A stretch of DNA of 61,869 nucleotides, counting the filler, from Candidatus Eiseniibacteriota bacterium (GTDB lineage Bacteria; Orphanbacterota; Orphanbacteria; Orphanbacterales; Orphanbacteraceae): NCBI GenBank assembly GCA_043809585.1. It is 4 parts of 4 records of this genome, joined end to end, with 100 filler letters (N's around TTAATTAATTAA, not from the genome) between each part and the next. Parts side by side here need not be neighbours in the genome. Positions count along the whole stretch, not along the records: positions 27,937 to 43,057 come from JBDROZ010000070.1; 3 more parts are not named here. The stretch is one strand, 5' to 3'. The translations under genes were made by a program, and so were the position numbers. Of this stretch, positions 29,129 to 39,342 are shown piece after piece. Each line of letters begins with the position of its first letter. The first letter of the stretch is position 1. The notes below the pieces were generated by a model. The model did not search any database. It saw only the letters and a list, made by a program, of their open reading frames with translations, and was not told the DNA's origin.

Positions 29129-32100
29129 ATGAAGCATCTGACGGGGGGCGTCGCGGTTCTCTTGCTCCTCGGTGCGGCGGTCAGGGCCGAAATCGTATCC
29201 ATCGACCCATCGAGACCGGATCTCGAGGTGCGCGTACTCGAGTCTTCGGACACGAGCATCCGGCTCGAGCTGACCCTCGGCGCATTCGAACGTCATGCCG
29301 TGGAGATCGGCGGAGTCCCGTACTACCGGGTGGCGCTTCCCGGCGAACCGGGCATCCTCGAGAGGGGCATGCCCGATCTCCCGCAGGTCTGCCGCAGCAT
29401 CATCATCCCCGACGACGCCCGGATGGTCCTCCACGTGCTCGACACCGAGTGGATCGACTTTCCCGATTTTCCCGTCGGACCTTCCAGGGGCCACATCGAG
29501 CGCACGACCACCCCGAACCGGGTGCCCTTCGTTTTCGACGCCTATTACGGGGGGGATGAGTGGTTTCCCCGGGAAACGGCGTCGACCCGCGATCCTTACA
29601 TTCTCCGCGATTTCCGAGGAATGACCGTGATCTTCCGGCCCTTCCACTACCTGCCGTCGGAGCGGAGGCTGCGGGTTCATCACAGAATCGTCGTCGAGCT
29701 GCGCGCCGAGGGGCCCGGGGTCGTCAACGTGATGCCCGAACGGAACAGAGACCGGATCTCCAGGGACTTTCGTCCGATCTACGATCGGCGGTTCCTGAAC
29801 TTCGATGCCGCCGGCCTCCGTTACGGCATGGTCGACGAGGCGGGCGAGATGCTCGTCATCGTTTACGATCCCCTGCGGGCCGAAATCGAACCGTACGCGG
29901 AGTGGAAGAACGAGTCGGGAATCCGCACCACCGTCGTCGACGTCTCCGAGATCGGCGCGGACACCGCGTCGATCAGGCAGTACATTCGTGATTTCTACGA
30001 CTCCACGGATCTCGCCTTCGTGCTCCTCGTGGGGGACGCGCCCCAGATCCCTCCCCCCATCGCCTACGACGGAGCGGCCGATCCGAAGTACGCTCTCGTG
30101 TCGGGCGACGACGGCTATCCGGACTTGTTCATCGGACGGTTCTCGGCGACCAACGCGTGGCAGACGAGGACCCAGGTCCGGCGAAACCTCGCCTACGAGC
30201 GGGACGCCACGGAACTCGACACCTGGTTCGGCCTGGCTTCGGGGATCGCCTCGGACTCGGGCCCGGGGGACGACGGAGAGCTGGACTGGGAACACATGGA
30301 GGTGATCCGGGACCACCTCCTCAACTTCACGTTCTCGGAAGTGGACCGGATCTACGACCCCGGTGCGACGACCCAGGACATTTTCGACGCCCTGAACGCG
30401 GGGCGGAGCCTGGTCGATTTTTGCGGTCACGGCTCCGAGGTGGGATGGGGGACCGGGCCCTTCCTCCGGTCCCACGTGAACGCGCTCCAGAACATCGGGC
30501 GCCTTCCGGTGATCCACGACGTGTCGTGCGCGAACGGGAATTTCGCCGAGACGACCTGCTTCGCCGAGAACTGGGTGAGGGCATCCCAGGGCGCCGACGC
30601 GGTGGGCGCCATCGCGATCTATGCCGCGTCGATCAACCAGTACTTCGACCCGCCCATGGTCGCCCAGGACGAGGCGATCGACGTGCTCGTGGACGAGTCG
30701 AGCCGCACCATCGGCGGATTCTGCTACCACGGTTCGTGCCAGATGATCGACGAGTTCGGATACCAGGGAGAGAAGATGCTGAACGGGTGGATTCTCTTCG
30801 GAGACCCGTCCGTCCGGATCAGGACCGATACCCCCTCGCCTCTCCTGGTCGATCACGCCACGGTCATCGACCGAACGGCGGCTTCCTTCACCGTGCTCGT
30901 TCCGGGCGAGCCGGGCGCGCTCTGCGGGCTCTCTTATGAAGGGGCGTTCCTCGGCTCCGCGTTCACCGGTCCCGGCGGCACCGCCGTGATCCCCGTGGAG
31001 GAATCCCTGCCGCCCGAGGAGACGATCACTCTCACCGTCACCGCCCCCAACGCCGTGGTCTATCGGGGTAGCGTGGACGTGGTGCCCCACCCCGAGTGCG
31101 CCGTCGTCCCGGCCGGGATCGAATTGACCGCGAATCCCGGCGAGGTCTTGACCGCCCCGCTTACGATCGAAAACACGGGAGAGGCCGGATCGGTTCTCGC
31201 CTTCGACGTGGACGTCGTGGGCGACGTCATGAAGAGTCTCCAGGGATCGGACATGGTCGCCGATCTTTCGGGGTTCGACGCCGGAACCACGTTCGATCTT
31301 CAGCTCGCGATAACCAACTTGTCCCCCGACTACGAGTGGATCAAGAACGCTTCCGTCGATTTTCCTCCCGGCGTGACGGTCAACTCGTCCACGAACTTCA
31401 TCGTGGTCGGCGAAACACGCGGTCTCGTCACCGACGGGAACACGGGAGAGGGCGTGGAACTCTCGTGGGCCTCGCCCACGGCGTGGGGCCAGATCAACTC
31501 CGGCGAGCTCGCGGTGGCGACGGTGAACGTGACCGTGGCGTCCGAGTTCTTTCAGGACATGGAGCTCGATTGGATCCTCTCCGGAGATGGATGGGGCGCT
31601 CCGCCCCACATGGTGTACGGGACGATCGTGATCCCCCCCTCCGGCCCGATCTTCGTGATTCACGCGCCGAACGGGGGCGAGGTGTGGGAAGCGGGCGAAA
31701 CCCGGGGGATCACGTGGGCCTCTTCCCGGGACGTCGTGAACATCGGCATCGACTATTCCCCCGACGAAGGGGACACTTGGGTCCCCGTGACGGATGAGAC
31801 CGAAGACGACGGGTATTACGCGTGGACCGTCCCGGACACGCCGTCCGACCTCTGCCTCGTCCGTCTGATGAACGAAGACGGCACCGCGGGCGACGTGAGC
31901 GACGGGGTCTTCCGGATTCGCGCTCCCGTCACTTGGATTTCGGTCGATCCGGATTCGGGGACGCTGGACGGGGGGGAGCAGGACGAGATCGCGGTCACCA
32001 TCGACACGGGATCCCTCCCCTCGGGCGATCACCAGGCCTTTCTCGTGGTCTCCCACAACGGGGGCGATCCGATCGTCGTGCCGGTGACCCTCTATGTGTT

Positions 32101-32644
32101 CGAGGTGGCCGCCGACCCGAACCGGTCCACCGTGGAGTGCACGGAGGACGTCATCCTCGCTCCGGCAGGGAACGGCGACGAGCTGGTGGTGACCGTCACG
32201 CTGCTCGACATGGGCGGGAGGCCGATCGAGGGAGTGCCGGCGGACCGGATCGACGTGACCTTCACGGGGGTCTCCTCGCTCGGCCAGGACATGCACTTCT
32301 GCGCGTCGGGGTCGAACACGGCAACCCTCCAGCCCGAGGCGCCCACGGACGCAGAGGGACGGGCCGTGGTCCGGGTATCCGCCGCCGGGGGGTGCGGCAC
32401 GATCACCGCGTCCGCGTCGGTCGGAAGTGTCGTTTTGGCGGACGATGCGACCGCGTCGGTCCGAAGCCCCGATTTCAACGGGGACGGGTTCTTGAACCAC
32501 ATCGACCTGTTCTTCTACATACCCATGCTGAACGCGGGGACCGGCCAGTGCGGCAACTTCAACCGGGACGCGCTGGGGGGCGTCAACTTCTTCGACACCG
32601 CCATCTACCTGCGGTTCCGCGCCGGGTTCCCCACCTGCTATTGA
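29129..32644 (+). CDS. Secreted gingipain-like cysteine peptidase (family C25) with propeptide, Ig-like modules and dockerin-like tail
   Basis: Signal peptide MKHLTGG..AVRA; propeptide PYILRDFRG; VLLVGD, DLFIGRFSA; catalytic FCGHGS and VSCANG; LFGDPS; APNGGEVW module; DFNGDG repeats. Confidence 0.92.
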   Translation: MKHLTGGVAVLLLLGAAVRAEIVSIDPSRPDLEVRVLESSDTSIRLELTLGAFERHAVEIGGVPYYRVALPGEPGILERGMPDLPQVCRSIIIPDDARMVLHVLDTEWIDFPDFPVGPSRGHIERTTTPNRVPFVFDAYYGGDEWFPRETASTRDPYILRDFRGMTVIFRPFHYLPSERRLRVHHRIVVELRAEGPGVVNVMPERNRDRISRDFRPIYDRRFLNFDAAGLRYGMVDEAGEMLVIVYDPLRAEIEPYAEWKNESGIRTTVVDVSEIGADTASIRQYIRDFYDSTDLAFVLLVGDAPQIPPPIAYDGAADPKYALVSGDDGYPDLFIGRFSATNAWQTRTQVRRNLAYERDATELDTWFGLASGIASDSGPGDDGELDWEHMEVIRDHLLNFTFSEVDRIYDPGATTQDIFDALNAGRSLVDFCGHGSEVGWGTGPFLRSHVNALQNIGRLPVIHDVSCANGNFAETTCFAENWVRASQGADAVGAIAIYAASINQYFDPPMVAQDEAIDVLVDESSRTIGGFCYHGSCQMIDEFGYQGEKMLNGWILFGDPSVRIRTDTPSPLLVDHATVIDRTAASFTVLVPGEPGALCGLSYEGAFLGSAFTGPGGTAVIPVEESLPPEETITLTVTAPNAVVYRGSVDVVPHPECAVVPAGIELTANPGEVLTAPLTIENTGEAGSVLAFDVDVVGDVMKSLQGSDMVADLSGFDAGTTFDLQLAITNLSPDYEWIKNASVDFPPGVTVNSSTNFIVVGETRGLVTDGNTGEGVELSWASPTAWGQINSGELAVATVNVTVASEFFQDMELDWILSGDGWGAPPHMVYGTIVIPPSGPIFVIHAPNGGEVWEAGETRGITWASSRDVVNIGIDYSPDEGDTWVPVTDETEDDGYYAWTVPDTPSDLCLVRLMNEDGTAGDVSDGVFRIRAPVTWISVDPDSGTLDGGEQDEIAVTIDTGSLPSGDHQAFLVVSHNGGDPIVVPVTLYVFEVAADPNRSTVECTEDVILAPAGNGDELVVTVTLLDMGGRPIEGVPADRIDVTFTGVSSLGQDMHFCASGSNTATLQPEAPTDAEGRAVVRVSAAGGCGTITASASVGSVVLADDATASVRSPDFNGDGFLNHIDLFFYIPMLNAGTGQCGNFNRDALGGVNFFDTAIYLRFRAGFPTCY

Positions 32645-32812
32645 CCCTGATCTTTCATAAGATCTCGGCTCAAAGCGCTATCGCTCGCGTGCCGGCACGC
32701 CATCCGGAACCGTACCCGCCCTCACCACGGCTCACGTATCGAAAAACACGCTCCCCACGGTTCGGGCTGCGTGCGGCCCCGGCCGACGCACTCTCACGCG
32801 TTGGATCTCGAG
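32641..32812 (-). mobile_element. MITE family B copy, inverted, one TIR largely lost
   Basis: TTGA+CCCTGATCTTTCATAAGATCTCG; body is the reverse complement of 28556-28742; ends at CTCGAG next to the EamA stop. Confidence 0.87.
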
Positions 32813-32814
32813 TT

Positions 32815-33726
32815 CTACTCCGCTTCCAGGATCTTCGCGCGGGGCGTCTCTCTCCGCGCCCGGGCGACCAGAAAGACCCCCGCGAAGACGAGGGCCGCGC
32901 TCGCGAGGAACCGGCCCGTCAACTCTTCCCGGCCGAGGGCCACGGAAAGGATCGTCGCCAGAAGCGGCTGGAGGTAGATGAAGAGGGCCACCGTCGATGA
33001 TTCGACCCGGGCGAGGGCGTAGTAGTTGAGCAGGTAGTTCACCACCGTCGCGAAGACCACGATCCAGATCATGACGCCGATGAGACCGGCCGTGAGAGAA
33101 CCCCAGTCGAACCGGACGAAGTCGCGGGCCCCCACGAGGCCGATGCCGAGGGCCCCCCAAGCCATCATGTAGGCGGTCACGGTGAGGGAGGGGTACCGGC
33201 GCACCACGTCTCGGGAGACCACGAGAAAGAGCCCGAAGGAGAAGGCGTTCAGGAGCGTGAGGAGATCGCCCCGGACCCATCGTTCGTCGAAAGAGAAGTC
33301 GTGGACCCGGAGGAGGACGAGAACCCCGGAGAAGGAGAGCAGGAGGCCGAATCCCTTGCGGAGGGACAGTGCCTCGGTGCGGAAGATCAGGGCGAAGAGG
33401 AAGGTCGAAACCGGGATCAGCGTGTTGATGAGGGCCGAGTGGGAGGGGGTGGTCCGGTGAATTCCTTCGGTGAAGCAGATCTGGTTGAAGACGACCCCGA
33501 CGAGAGCGAAGAGGGCGAGCTTCGCCATGTCTCTTCCGGCGATTCTCACGCCGGGCCGGTAGATCCGGTTCAGGAGGAGGAGGATGACGGCGGCGGCCGC
33601 GACACGGGTGAATGCCCACGCCCGGGGAGGGACGGTCTCGACCACCACCTTCGCCGCGAGGTAGTGGATCGCGAAGAAGACCTGGACCGTGAGGAGCGCG
33701 GAGAGGGTTCGGACGCCGCCGTTCAC
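32815..33726 (-). CDS. DMT/EamA family transporter
   Basis: About 10 TM segments in two EamA repeats (GIHRTTPSHSALI; FIYLQPLLATIL); GTG overlaps the upstream stop. Confidence 0.9.
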   Translation of the reverse strand: MNGGVRTLSALLTVQVFFAIHYLAAKVVVETVPPRAWAFTRVAAAAVILLLLNRIYRPGVRIAGRDMAKLALFALVGVVFNQICFTEGIHRTTPSHSALINTLIPVSTFLFALIFRTEALSLRKGFGLLLSFSGVLVLLRVHDFSFDERWVRGDLLTLLNAFSFGLFLVVSRDVVRRYPSLTVTAYMMAWGALGIGLVGARDFVRFDWGSLTAGLIGVMIWIVVFATVVNYLLNYYALARVESSTVALFIYLQPLLATILSVALGREELTGRFLASAALVFAGVFLVARARRETPRAKILEAE

Positions 33727-34181
33727 GGCTCGGATCGGTCCCCGGAATCTTCGAGGACGATCTCGTGCTTCCGGAGCCAATCGTCGATCTCGTCATGGAT
33801 CCGCCGGTCCCGCTCTCGGAGCCAGCGTTCCTCCTCCGGCGGATAGGAGACCAGGATGTCCCGGAACCGGCGGAAGGGGCTCTTCCCCTCGAGCGCCTCG
33901 AGGAGCGATGTCCGCAGGTGCCGGTCTTCCACGGTTCCGATGAAATCCTCCATCTCCGCGTAGCCGTCCCGGGAGGCCTTGTGGGGGACCAAGAAGTACC
34001 GCACGTTGACACCCGACGCGATCCGCCGGGCGTCCTCCTGGTTTCCTCCCCGTTCGATCAGCTCCACGAAGACGGCGATGGTCTCGCCCGTTTCGACGTC
34101 CAAGAAGTAGCGCGCCTCCGCCGATCCCTGGTCATAGGCGCGCCGGATCTGGTCGTAACGCACGCGAACGTGTCGGGCCAC
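33723..34181 (-). CDS. UPF0158 family protein
   Basis: YFLDVETGE, GYAEMEDFI, ALEGKSPFRRFRDIL, ERW motifs; GTG after GGAGGAGG. Confidence 0.85.
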   Translation of the reverse strand: MARHVRVRYDQIRRAYDQGSAEARYFLDVETGETIAVFVELIERGGNQEDARRIASGVNVRYFLVPHKASRDGYAEMEDFIGTVEDRHLRTSLLEALEGKSPFRRFRDILVSYPPEEERWLRERDRRIHDEIDDWLRKHEIVLEDSGDRSEP

Positions 34182-34249
34182 GGCTTCCTCCTCCGGCGAT
34201 AGGCCGTGACGAATCATAGCAGAGGAGAGACGGCCGAGGAAGAGGGGGA

Positions 34250-35242
34250 TCAGCGGAGGGCGAGGTACCCGGCCCGCCGGTACCAGTCGGCGGTGATCCG
34301 GAGGCCGGCCGGGAGGTCGACCTTCGGTTCGAATCCGAGCTCGTTCCTGATACGGTCGACCCGGAACGCCCTGTTCTGGCGGTACCACTCGATCCGGCGC
34401 CGGAAGAGGGGGGGGGAGATGCGAAGGGGCATGCAGACCCCCTCGACCACGGCGGCCGCCGCCCGGAGGGGTCCGAACGGGAGATGGATGATCCGGACAT
34501 CCCGGCCGAGGGCGCGGCCCGACTCCCGGACCAGGTGGTTCAGGGTCACGTACTCGGCGTCGCCCACGAGATAGGTCCGCCCGACGGCTTCGTCCTTCTC
34601 CATGGCCAGGAGGAACGCGTCGATGAAATTGTCGATGTAGACCGGATGATAGAGGGTCTCGCCGTCTCCGAACATGAAGAACCGTCCCGAATCGGCGAAC
34701 TTGAAGAGGAGGAGCATGCGTCCCGGGTCCCCCGGGCCGTAGATCCCCATGGGTCGGAGGACGACGCACGGCATCCCCTTGTCCACGGCCTCCCCGACGA
34801 GCCGCTCCCCTTCCCATTTCGTCTGTTGATAGACGTCGTTCGGTCGGATGGGGGAGTCTTCGTCCCCCGGGATCTCTTTCACGTCGCCGTGCACGCCCTG
34901 AGTGGAGCAGTAGACGAAGCGCCGGACGCCCGCCCGCCGGCAGGCTTCGAGGAGCAGTCTCGTGCCGTCCACATTCACCCGCCGGTAGACCGACCCGGGA
35001 ACATTGATCTTCCGGAAGGCGGCGGCCAGGTGGAACACGATTTCGCAACCGTCCACCGCCCGCTCGAGGACCGCCGGTTCCGCCGCGTCTCCGATCAGGA
35101 CGCGCGCCCCCTTCCCCTCCAGCTCGGGCCGGAAGAGACCGTCCTGGATATCGAGGGCGACCACTTCGTGCCCCTCGCCGAGAAGACGGCGCACGAGATG
35201 GGTTCCCGTGAATCCGGTGCCGCCGGTGACGAGTATCTTCAT
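34250..35242 (-). CDS. NAD-dependent epimerase/dehydratase (extended SDR)
   Basis: LVTGGTGFTG, VFHLAA, YQQTK, YGPGD. Confidence 0.93.
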   Translation of the reverse strand: MKILVTGGTGFTGTHLVRRLLGEGHEVVALDIQDGLFRPELEGKGARVLIGDAAEPAVLERAVDGCEIVFHLAAAFRKINVPGSVYRRVNVDGTRLLLEACRRAGVRRFVYCSTQGVHGDVKEIPGDEDSPIRPNDVYQQTKWEGERLVGEAVDKGMPCVVLRPMGIYGPGDPGRMLLLFKFADSGRFFMFGDGETLYHPVYIDNFIDAFLLAMEKDEAVGRTYLVGDAEYVTLNHLVRESGRALGRDVRIIHLPFGPLRAAAAVVEGVCMPLRISPPLFRRRIEWYRQNRAFRVDRIRNELGFEPKVDLPAGLRITADWYRRAGYLALR

Positions 35243-35394
35243 AGCATTCCGCTTATCGTTCGACCGTGCCGATCCGATGAGCCCCCGGGGAGAATCCCCC
35301 CCTTCCGGGCGGAAGAGGCCGCCATTCTTGTTCCCCCGCCCCGGCTCCTCTATGATGGGTGGGCCCCGGCGCGGTGCCCGGGGGGGAGGGGACC

Positions 35395-36714
35395 ATGGAA
35401 AACGGCGGCGGCAGGGAGGGGGCGTTCCGGGCCATCCGGCGCGACCGGACCCTCCGAGGGATCCTCGCCCTAGCCCTCCTTCTCCGTCTGGTCTACGCCT
35501 TTGTCGTCTTTCCCGTCATCGGAGAGAACCTCCACTGGAAAGGCGTCGACGACGGGTATGACGAAGTCGCCCGCCATCTGATCCACGGGCACGGCTTCGT
35601 CGACCGGCCGGGGGACGCCCCGAACCTCGTGAAGCCCCCCGGGTACGTGTTCTTCCTGGCCGGTCTCTATACGGTCTTCGGTGAGGAGGTGAACGAAGGG
35701 GTCCGGGTGCGCATCGCCCAGCCTCTCCTGGACACGGGGACCTGCCTCCTCGTCTTCCTCCTCGGCCTCCGGGTCTTCGGGGACCGGAGGATCGGGCTCA
35801 TCGGCGCGTTCCTCTGGGCGGTCTATCCCCAGATGATCGTCTACGGCGCCCGGGTCGCTCCCGAGTCCCTCTTCATCCTCCTTCTGACGGCCCTGATGTT
35901 CGTCCTCGCCCGCCTCCGCGCCGAAGGACGCGCGCGGGACGCCGTCTACGCCGGCGTCCTCTTCGCGCTCGCCCTGCTCGTGAAGGAGAAGCTGATCCTC
36001 TTCCCGGCGGTTCTCCTCTTCCTGCTCCTCCGGGCTCCGGCCGTTACCCTCCGCCGCCGCCTCGCCCTCGCCGCCCTCCTCGCGGCCGCCGCCCTCACCG
36101 TGACGGGGCCGTGGCTGGTGAGGGGGTACAGGACGGCGGGGACCTTCGTCCCCATCACGCTCCGCTCCGGCCGGGCGCTGAACCAGGGGATGGACGAGAG
36201 CTTCGCCGGCGCCGACGAGACGCTGGTCGATTTCTTCGAGAACCGTCCGAGCGGCCGGTGGCGGGACCTTCCCGAGTCCGAAAGGGAGAGGCTCGACCGG
36301 GCCCGGGAGAACGCCCGGGACGAGAATTCGCTCATCGGGAAGGCCATGAGCCGCATCGCCAGAGACCCGGTCTCGTTCCTCCGCTCCTTCGTGATCAAGC
36401 TCGGGAGCTTCTGGTACTTCGGTCAGCCGAAGGTGATCGCCGGCAACCTGGCGGTCCAGATGCCCCTCCTCGGCCTGGCGATCGCCGGTTTCCTCCGGGA
36501 ACGGCGCCGCCGGGACCTCGCCCCCTTCGCCCTACTCGTCGCCTACTTCCTCGTGATTCATGCCCTCACCATCGTGCGGATGCGCTACTCCCTCCCCGTC
36601 ATGCCCGAGGTGATCCTCCTCGCCGGCTCCACGCTCCTCGCCCTCCGGGAGCGGTTCCTCCCTCCACCGCTGGACGGGGCCGCGAACTCGACCGGGCATG
36701 AGGAAAGGGCGTAA
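35395..36714 (+). CDS. GT-C fold membrane glycosyltransferase (ArnT/PMT_2-like)
   Basis: Many TMs; DDGYD loop, KPPGY, ESLF, PWLVR, RYSLPVMP. Confidence 0.8.
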   Translation: MENGGGREGAFRAIRRDRTLRGILALALLLRLVYAFVVFPVIGENLHWKGVDDGYDEVARHLIHGHGFVDRPGDAPNLVKPPGYVFFLAGLYTVFGEEVNEGVRVRIAQPLLDTGTCLLVFLLGLRVFGDRRIGLIGAFLWAVYPQMIVYGARVAPESLFILLLTALMFVLARLRAEGRARDAVYAGVLFALALLVKEKLILFPAVLLFLLLRAPAVTLRRRLALAALLAAAALTVTGPWLVRGYRTAGTFVPITLRSGRALNQGMDESFAGADETLVDFFENRPSGRWRDLPESERERLDRARENARDENSLIGKAMSRIARDPVSFLRSFVIKLGSFWYFGQPKVIAGNLAVQMPLLGLAIAGFLRERRRRDLAPFALLVAYFLVIHALTIVRMRYSLPVMPEVILLAGSTLLALRERFLPPPLDGAANSTGHEERA

Positions 36715-36976
36715 GCGGCCGGAACCGACCTTGATTCCACAAAACGGAAGCCTTGATTTCGGTGGGCGGGAGCCAGGGGGTCGTCGCGTGATTCGGGTTG
36801 AAATGGAAGAAGGAGGCCCTCGCCGGCCTTCCGGCACCCGAAATTGCGCCAACGGGGGAGGGACGGTTCCGCTCCGCAAAGTCGGGGGAATTGCCGTCAT
36901 CGTGGCGGGTCTTTAGCTGATCAACGCTTCCCCATAGGCGCAAGGCGAGTTGGCCTTCATTCGTGTAAACGCGCCG

Positions 36977-37031
36977 TTGACCCGCCGATTCCGGAATGCT
37001 ATAATTCGTCAGTTGGCGAAATAACGAAATA
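36977..37031 (+). promoter_or_regulatory. Near-consensus sigma-70 promoter with overlapping ArsR-type operator candidate
   Basis: TTGACC-17bp-TATAAT with extended TG; imperfect palindrome TTCGTCA-GT-TGGCGAA at 37005-37020 and CGAAATA twice. Confidence 0.7.
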
Positions 37032-37221
37032 GACGAGTGTCCCGTCTTTCCTGTTCTCGGGCCCCGGAGCGCTGTTTCCCCGGGCCACGATGACGTGTCG
37101 GCAACCGTACGGGGAGATCGGATGAACCCTCTTCCTTGCCTGGTTCTCCCCGCGTGAGGGAGAAAGCCGGCAGCGATAGAGAAGATGAACGGAACGGGCG
37201 CCGCCCCCTCGGAGAACCACC

Positions 37222-38109
37222 ATGAGCAAGAGATTGATCGTGCCCGTCGGGATAATCGCCCTGGCCGTTTTGAGTATCGCGGGCTACGGGATCGTGGGCG
37301 AATCGAGAACGCCTGACACCGAAGAGCTCCCCTCGCTCGTCTCTCCGGCCCGAGCGGCGGGAACCGATGGAGCCGGTGAGGGCGGTGCCGGCCTGATCGC
37401 TTCCGGACCCGGTTTCTCCGCGATCAGAGAGGCCTCGGCGGCCGGGAAGTACGCATTCCTCTTCTTCTACCGCGGGGAAGACGGGCAGACGAAAAAGATG
37501 AAGGGCGTCTTCGACGCCGCCATGGATCGGATGGAGGGTCGAGCGGAACCGGTCCTCGTCGACATCGACGATCCCCGATCCCTGCCCCTCGTCGACCGGT
37601 ACGGCGCCGGTCGGGCCCCGATGCCCCTCGTTCTGGCCATTGCCCCGAACGGGGCGGTCACCCGCGGTCTCCCCCGGGAGTTCAACGAAGACCAACTCAT
37701 GGAGGGTCTGGTAAGTCCCTGCATGGAGAAGTGCATGGGCGCCCTGCAGAAACAGAAGCTCACCCTCCTCTGTGTTCACGAGCCCGGATCCGCCGAAGGG
37801 GCGGATGCAATGAAGGGCGTCGGGGAACTCCAGGCCGACCCGCAGTACGGCGGGATCGTGGAAGTGGTCCGAGTCGATCCGAGCGACGGGGCGGAGGCGA
37901 GATTGCTAAGCGACCTTCAGGTGAGCGCCGCTCCCGGAGACGCCATCACGGTTCTTCTCGCACCGCCCGGAAAGATCCTCGCCACCCTCGCCGGAGCGAT
38001 CACGAAGTCCGATCTGGTGGCCGCCATACAGAGCAGCCTCGGCAGGTCGGGGTGCGCTCCGGGGGCCGGCAGCGGCTGTTGTCCGCCGAAGACCGCCAAG
38101 AAGAGCTAG
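37222..38109 (+). CDS. Exported thioredoxin-fold-like protein with Cys-rich C-terminal tail
   Basis: N-terminal signal/TM; KYAFLFFY...PLVLAIAPNG thioredoxin-like pattern without CxxC; CMEKC; tail GCAPGAGSGCCPPK. Confidence 0.65.
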   Translation: MSKRLIVPVGIIALAVLSIAGYGIVGESRTPDTEELPSLVSPARAAGTDGAGEGGAGLIASGPGFSAIREASAAGKYAFLFFYRGEDGQTKKMKGVFDAAMDRMEGRAEPVLVDIDDPRSLPLVDRYGAGRAPMPLVLAIAPNGAVTRGLPREFNEDQLMEGLVSPCMEKCMGALQKQKLTLLCVHEPGSAEGADAMKGVGELQADPQYGGIVEVVRVDPSDGAEARLLSDLQVSAAPGDAITVLLAPPGKILATLAGAITKSDLVAAIQSSLGRSGCAPGAGSGCCPPKTAKKS

Positions 38110-38118
38110 GGAAGCCTC

Positions 38119-39339
38119 ATGAGGTTCCGAACCATTGTCTGGAGAGAGATGTTCGAGCGGCGGGCGCAGCTCTTGACGAGCCTTCTCGCGATCCTGCTCG
38201 GAATCAGCATGATCGTGGCGATCCGGAACATCACGTTCTTCTCCGAGAAGGCGGTCGCCCGGGAGCTCGACACCCTGGGCGCGAACATTCTGATCCTGCC
38301 CAAGTCCGCCACGGTGGCCGATTACTTCAGCGCCGATCTGGAGGGGGACGAGTTCCCGGAGGAGTACGTCACCGTTCTCGCGACCTCGGACCTCGAGGGG
38401 CTCGACAATCTGTCTCCCAAACTCTCGACTCCGGTGACCATCGGAGGCCGGGAATTCGTCCTCACCGGCATTCTTCCGAAGGACGAGTTTCAGGCAAAGG
38501 CGATGTGGAAGGGGGCGGGGGTCTTCGGCCGACCGGAGGGATGCGGGGATGTGGGAGCCGTGCCCGGGTTTCTCCGCCCCCCCGCGCGCGAGACCCTCGT
38601 GAGAGATCGGGTCATCGAAAACCTCGAAGAGGACGAAGCCCTGGTCGGCGCCGAGGTGGCCGGTCTGGCCGGTCTCCGCGAAGGCGATACCGTCGATCTC
38701 CTCGGCAAGAGGTTCACCGTGACCGCGGTCCTTCCCCTCACCGGGACCGTGGACGACTCCCGCGTGTTCGCGCACCTGCACACCGTTCAGGCATTGACCG
38801 GACGGGAGGGTGTGGTGAACGCCATCGAAATCGTCGGGTGTTGCAAGGAAATCTCCGGTGGGCTCGTCGGAAAGATCAACCGTTTGCCCCCGGACGCGAA
38901 GGTCGTGACCGTGGCCCAAGTGGTCAAGACCCAGATGGACACGAACGCGATGATGTCCCGTCTCTCCCGGGTCTTCATCATAATCATGATCCTCGTGGGC
39001 GGGACGACGATCGCGAATTACATGTTCGGCAACGTCTACGAAAGGCGGCGCGAGATCGGAACCCTGATGGCCATGGGCGCCGATTCGTCGTTGATCCTGA
39101 GGACGTTCTTGCTGAAGGCGCTCCTCCTCGGCGCCGCCGGGGGGATCGCGGGATACGTCCTGGGCACCGGCCTCGCGATTGTCCTCGGGCCGAGGATCGC
39201 CGGCATTCCCGTTCTTCCCCTGCCGGGTCTCGTCATCTACGCGGTTCTCCTTTCCGTGGCCGTCTCCCTTCTCGCGAGTTACCTGCCGGCCCGACGCGCC
39301 GCCCATCTCGATCCATCCACCGCGCTCCAGGAGATCTAA
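38119..39339 (+). CDS. MacB/FtsX-family ABC transporter permease
   Basis: TM1, large periplasmic domain, ERRREIGTLMAMGA, YLPARRAAHLDP. Confidence 0.92.
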   Translation: MRFRTIVWREMFERRAQLLTSLLAILLGISMIVAIRNITFFSEKAVARELDTLGANILILPKSATVADYFSADLEGDEFPEEYVTVLATSDLEGLDNLSPKLSTPVTIGGREFVLTGILPKDEFQAKAMWKGAGVFGRPEGCGDVGAVPGFLRPPARETLVRDRVIENLEEDEALVGAEVAGLAGLREGDTVDLLGKRFTVTAVLPLTGTVDDSRVFAHLHTVQALTGREGVVNAIEIVGCCKEISGGLVGKINRLPPDAKVVTVAQVVKTQMDTNAMMSRLSRVFIIIMILVGGTTIANYMFGNVYERRREIGTLMAMGADSSLILRTFLLKALLLGAAGGIAGYVLGTGLAIVLGPRIAGIPVLPLPGLVIYAVLLSVAVSLLASYLPARRAAHLDPSTALQEI

Positions 39340-39342
39340 CCG

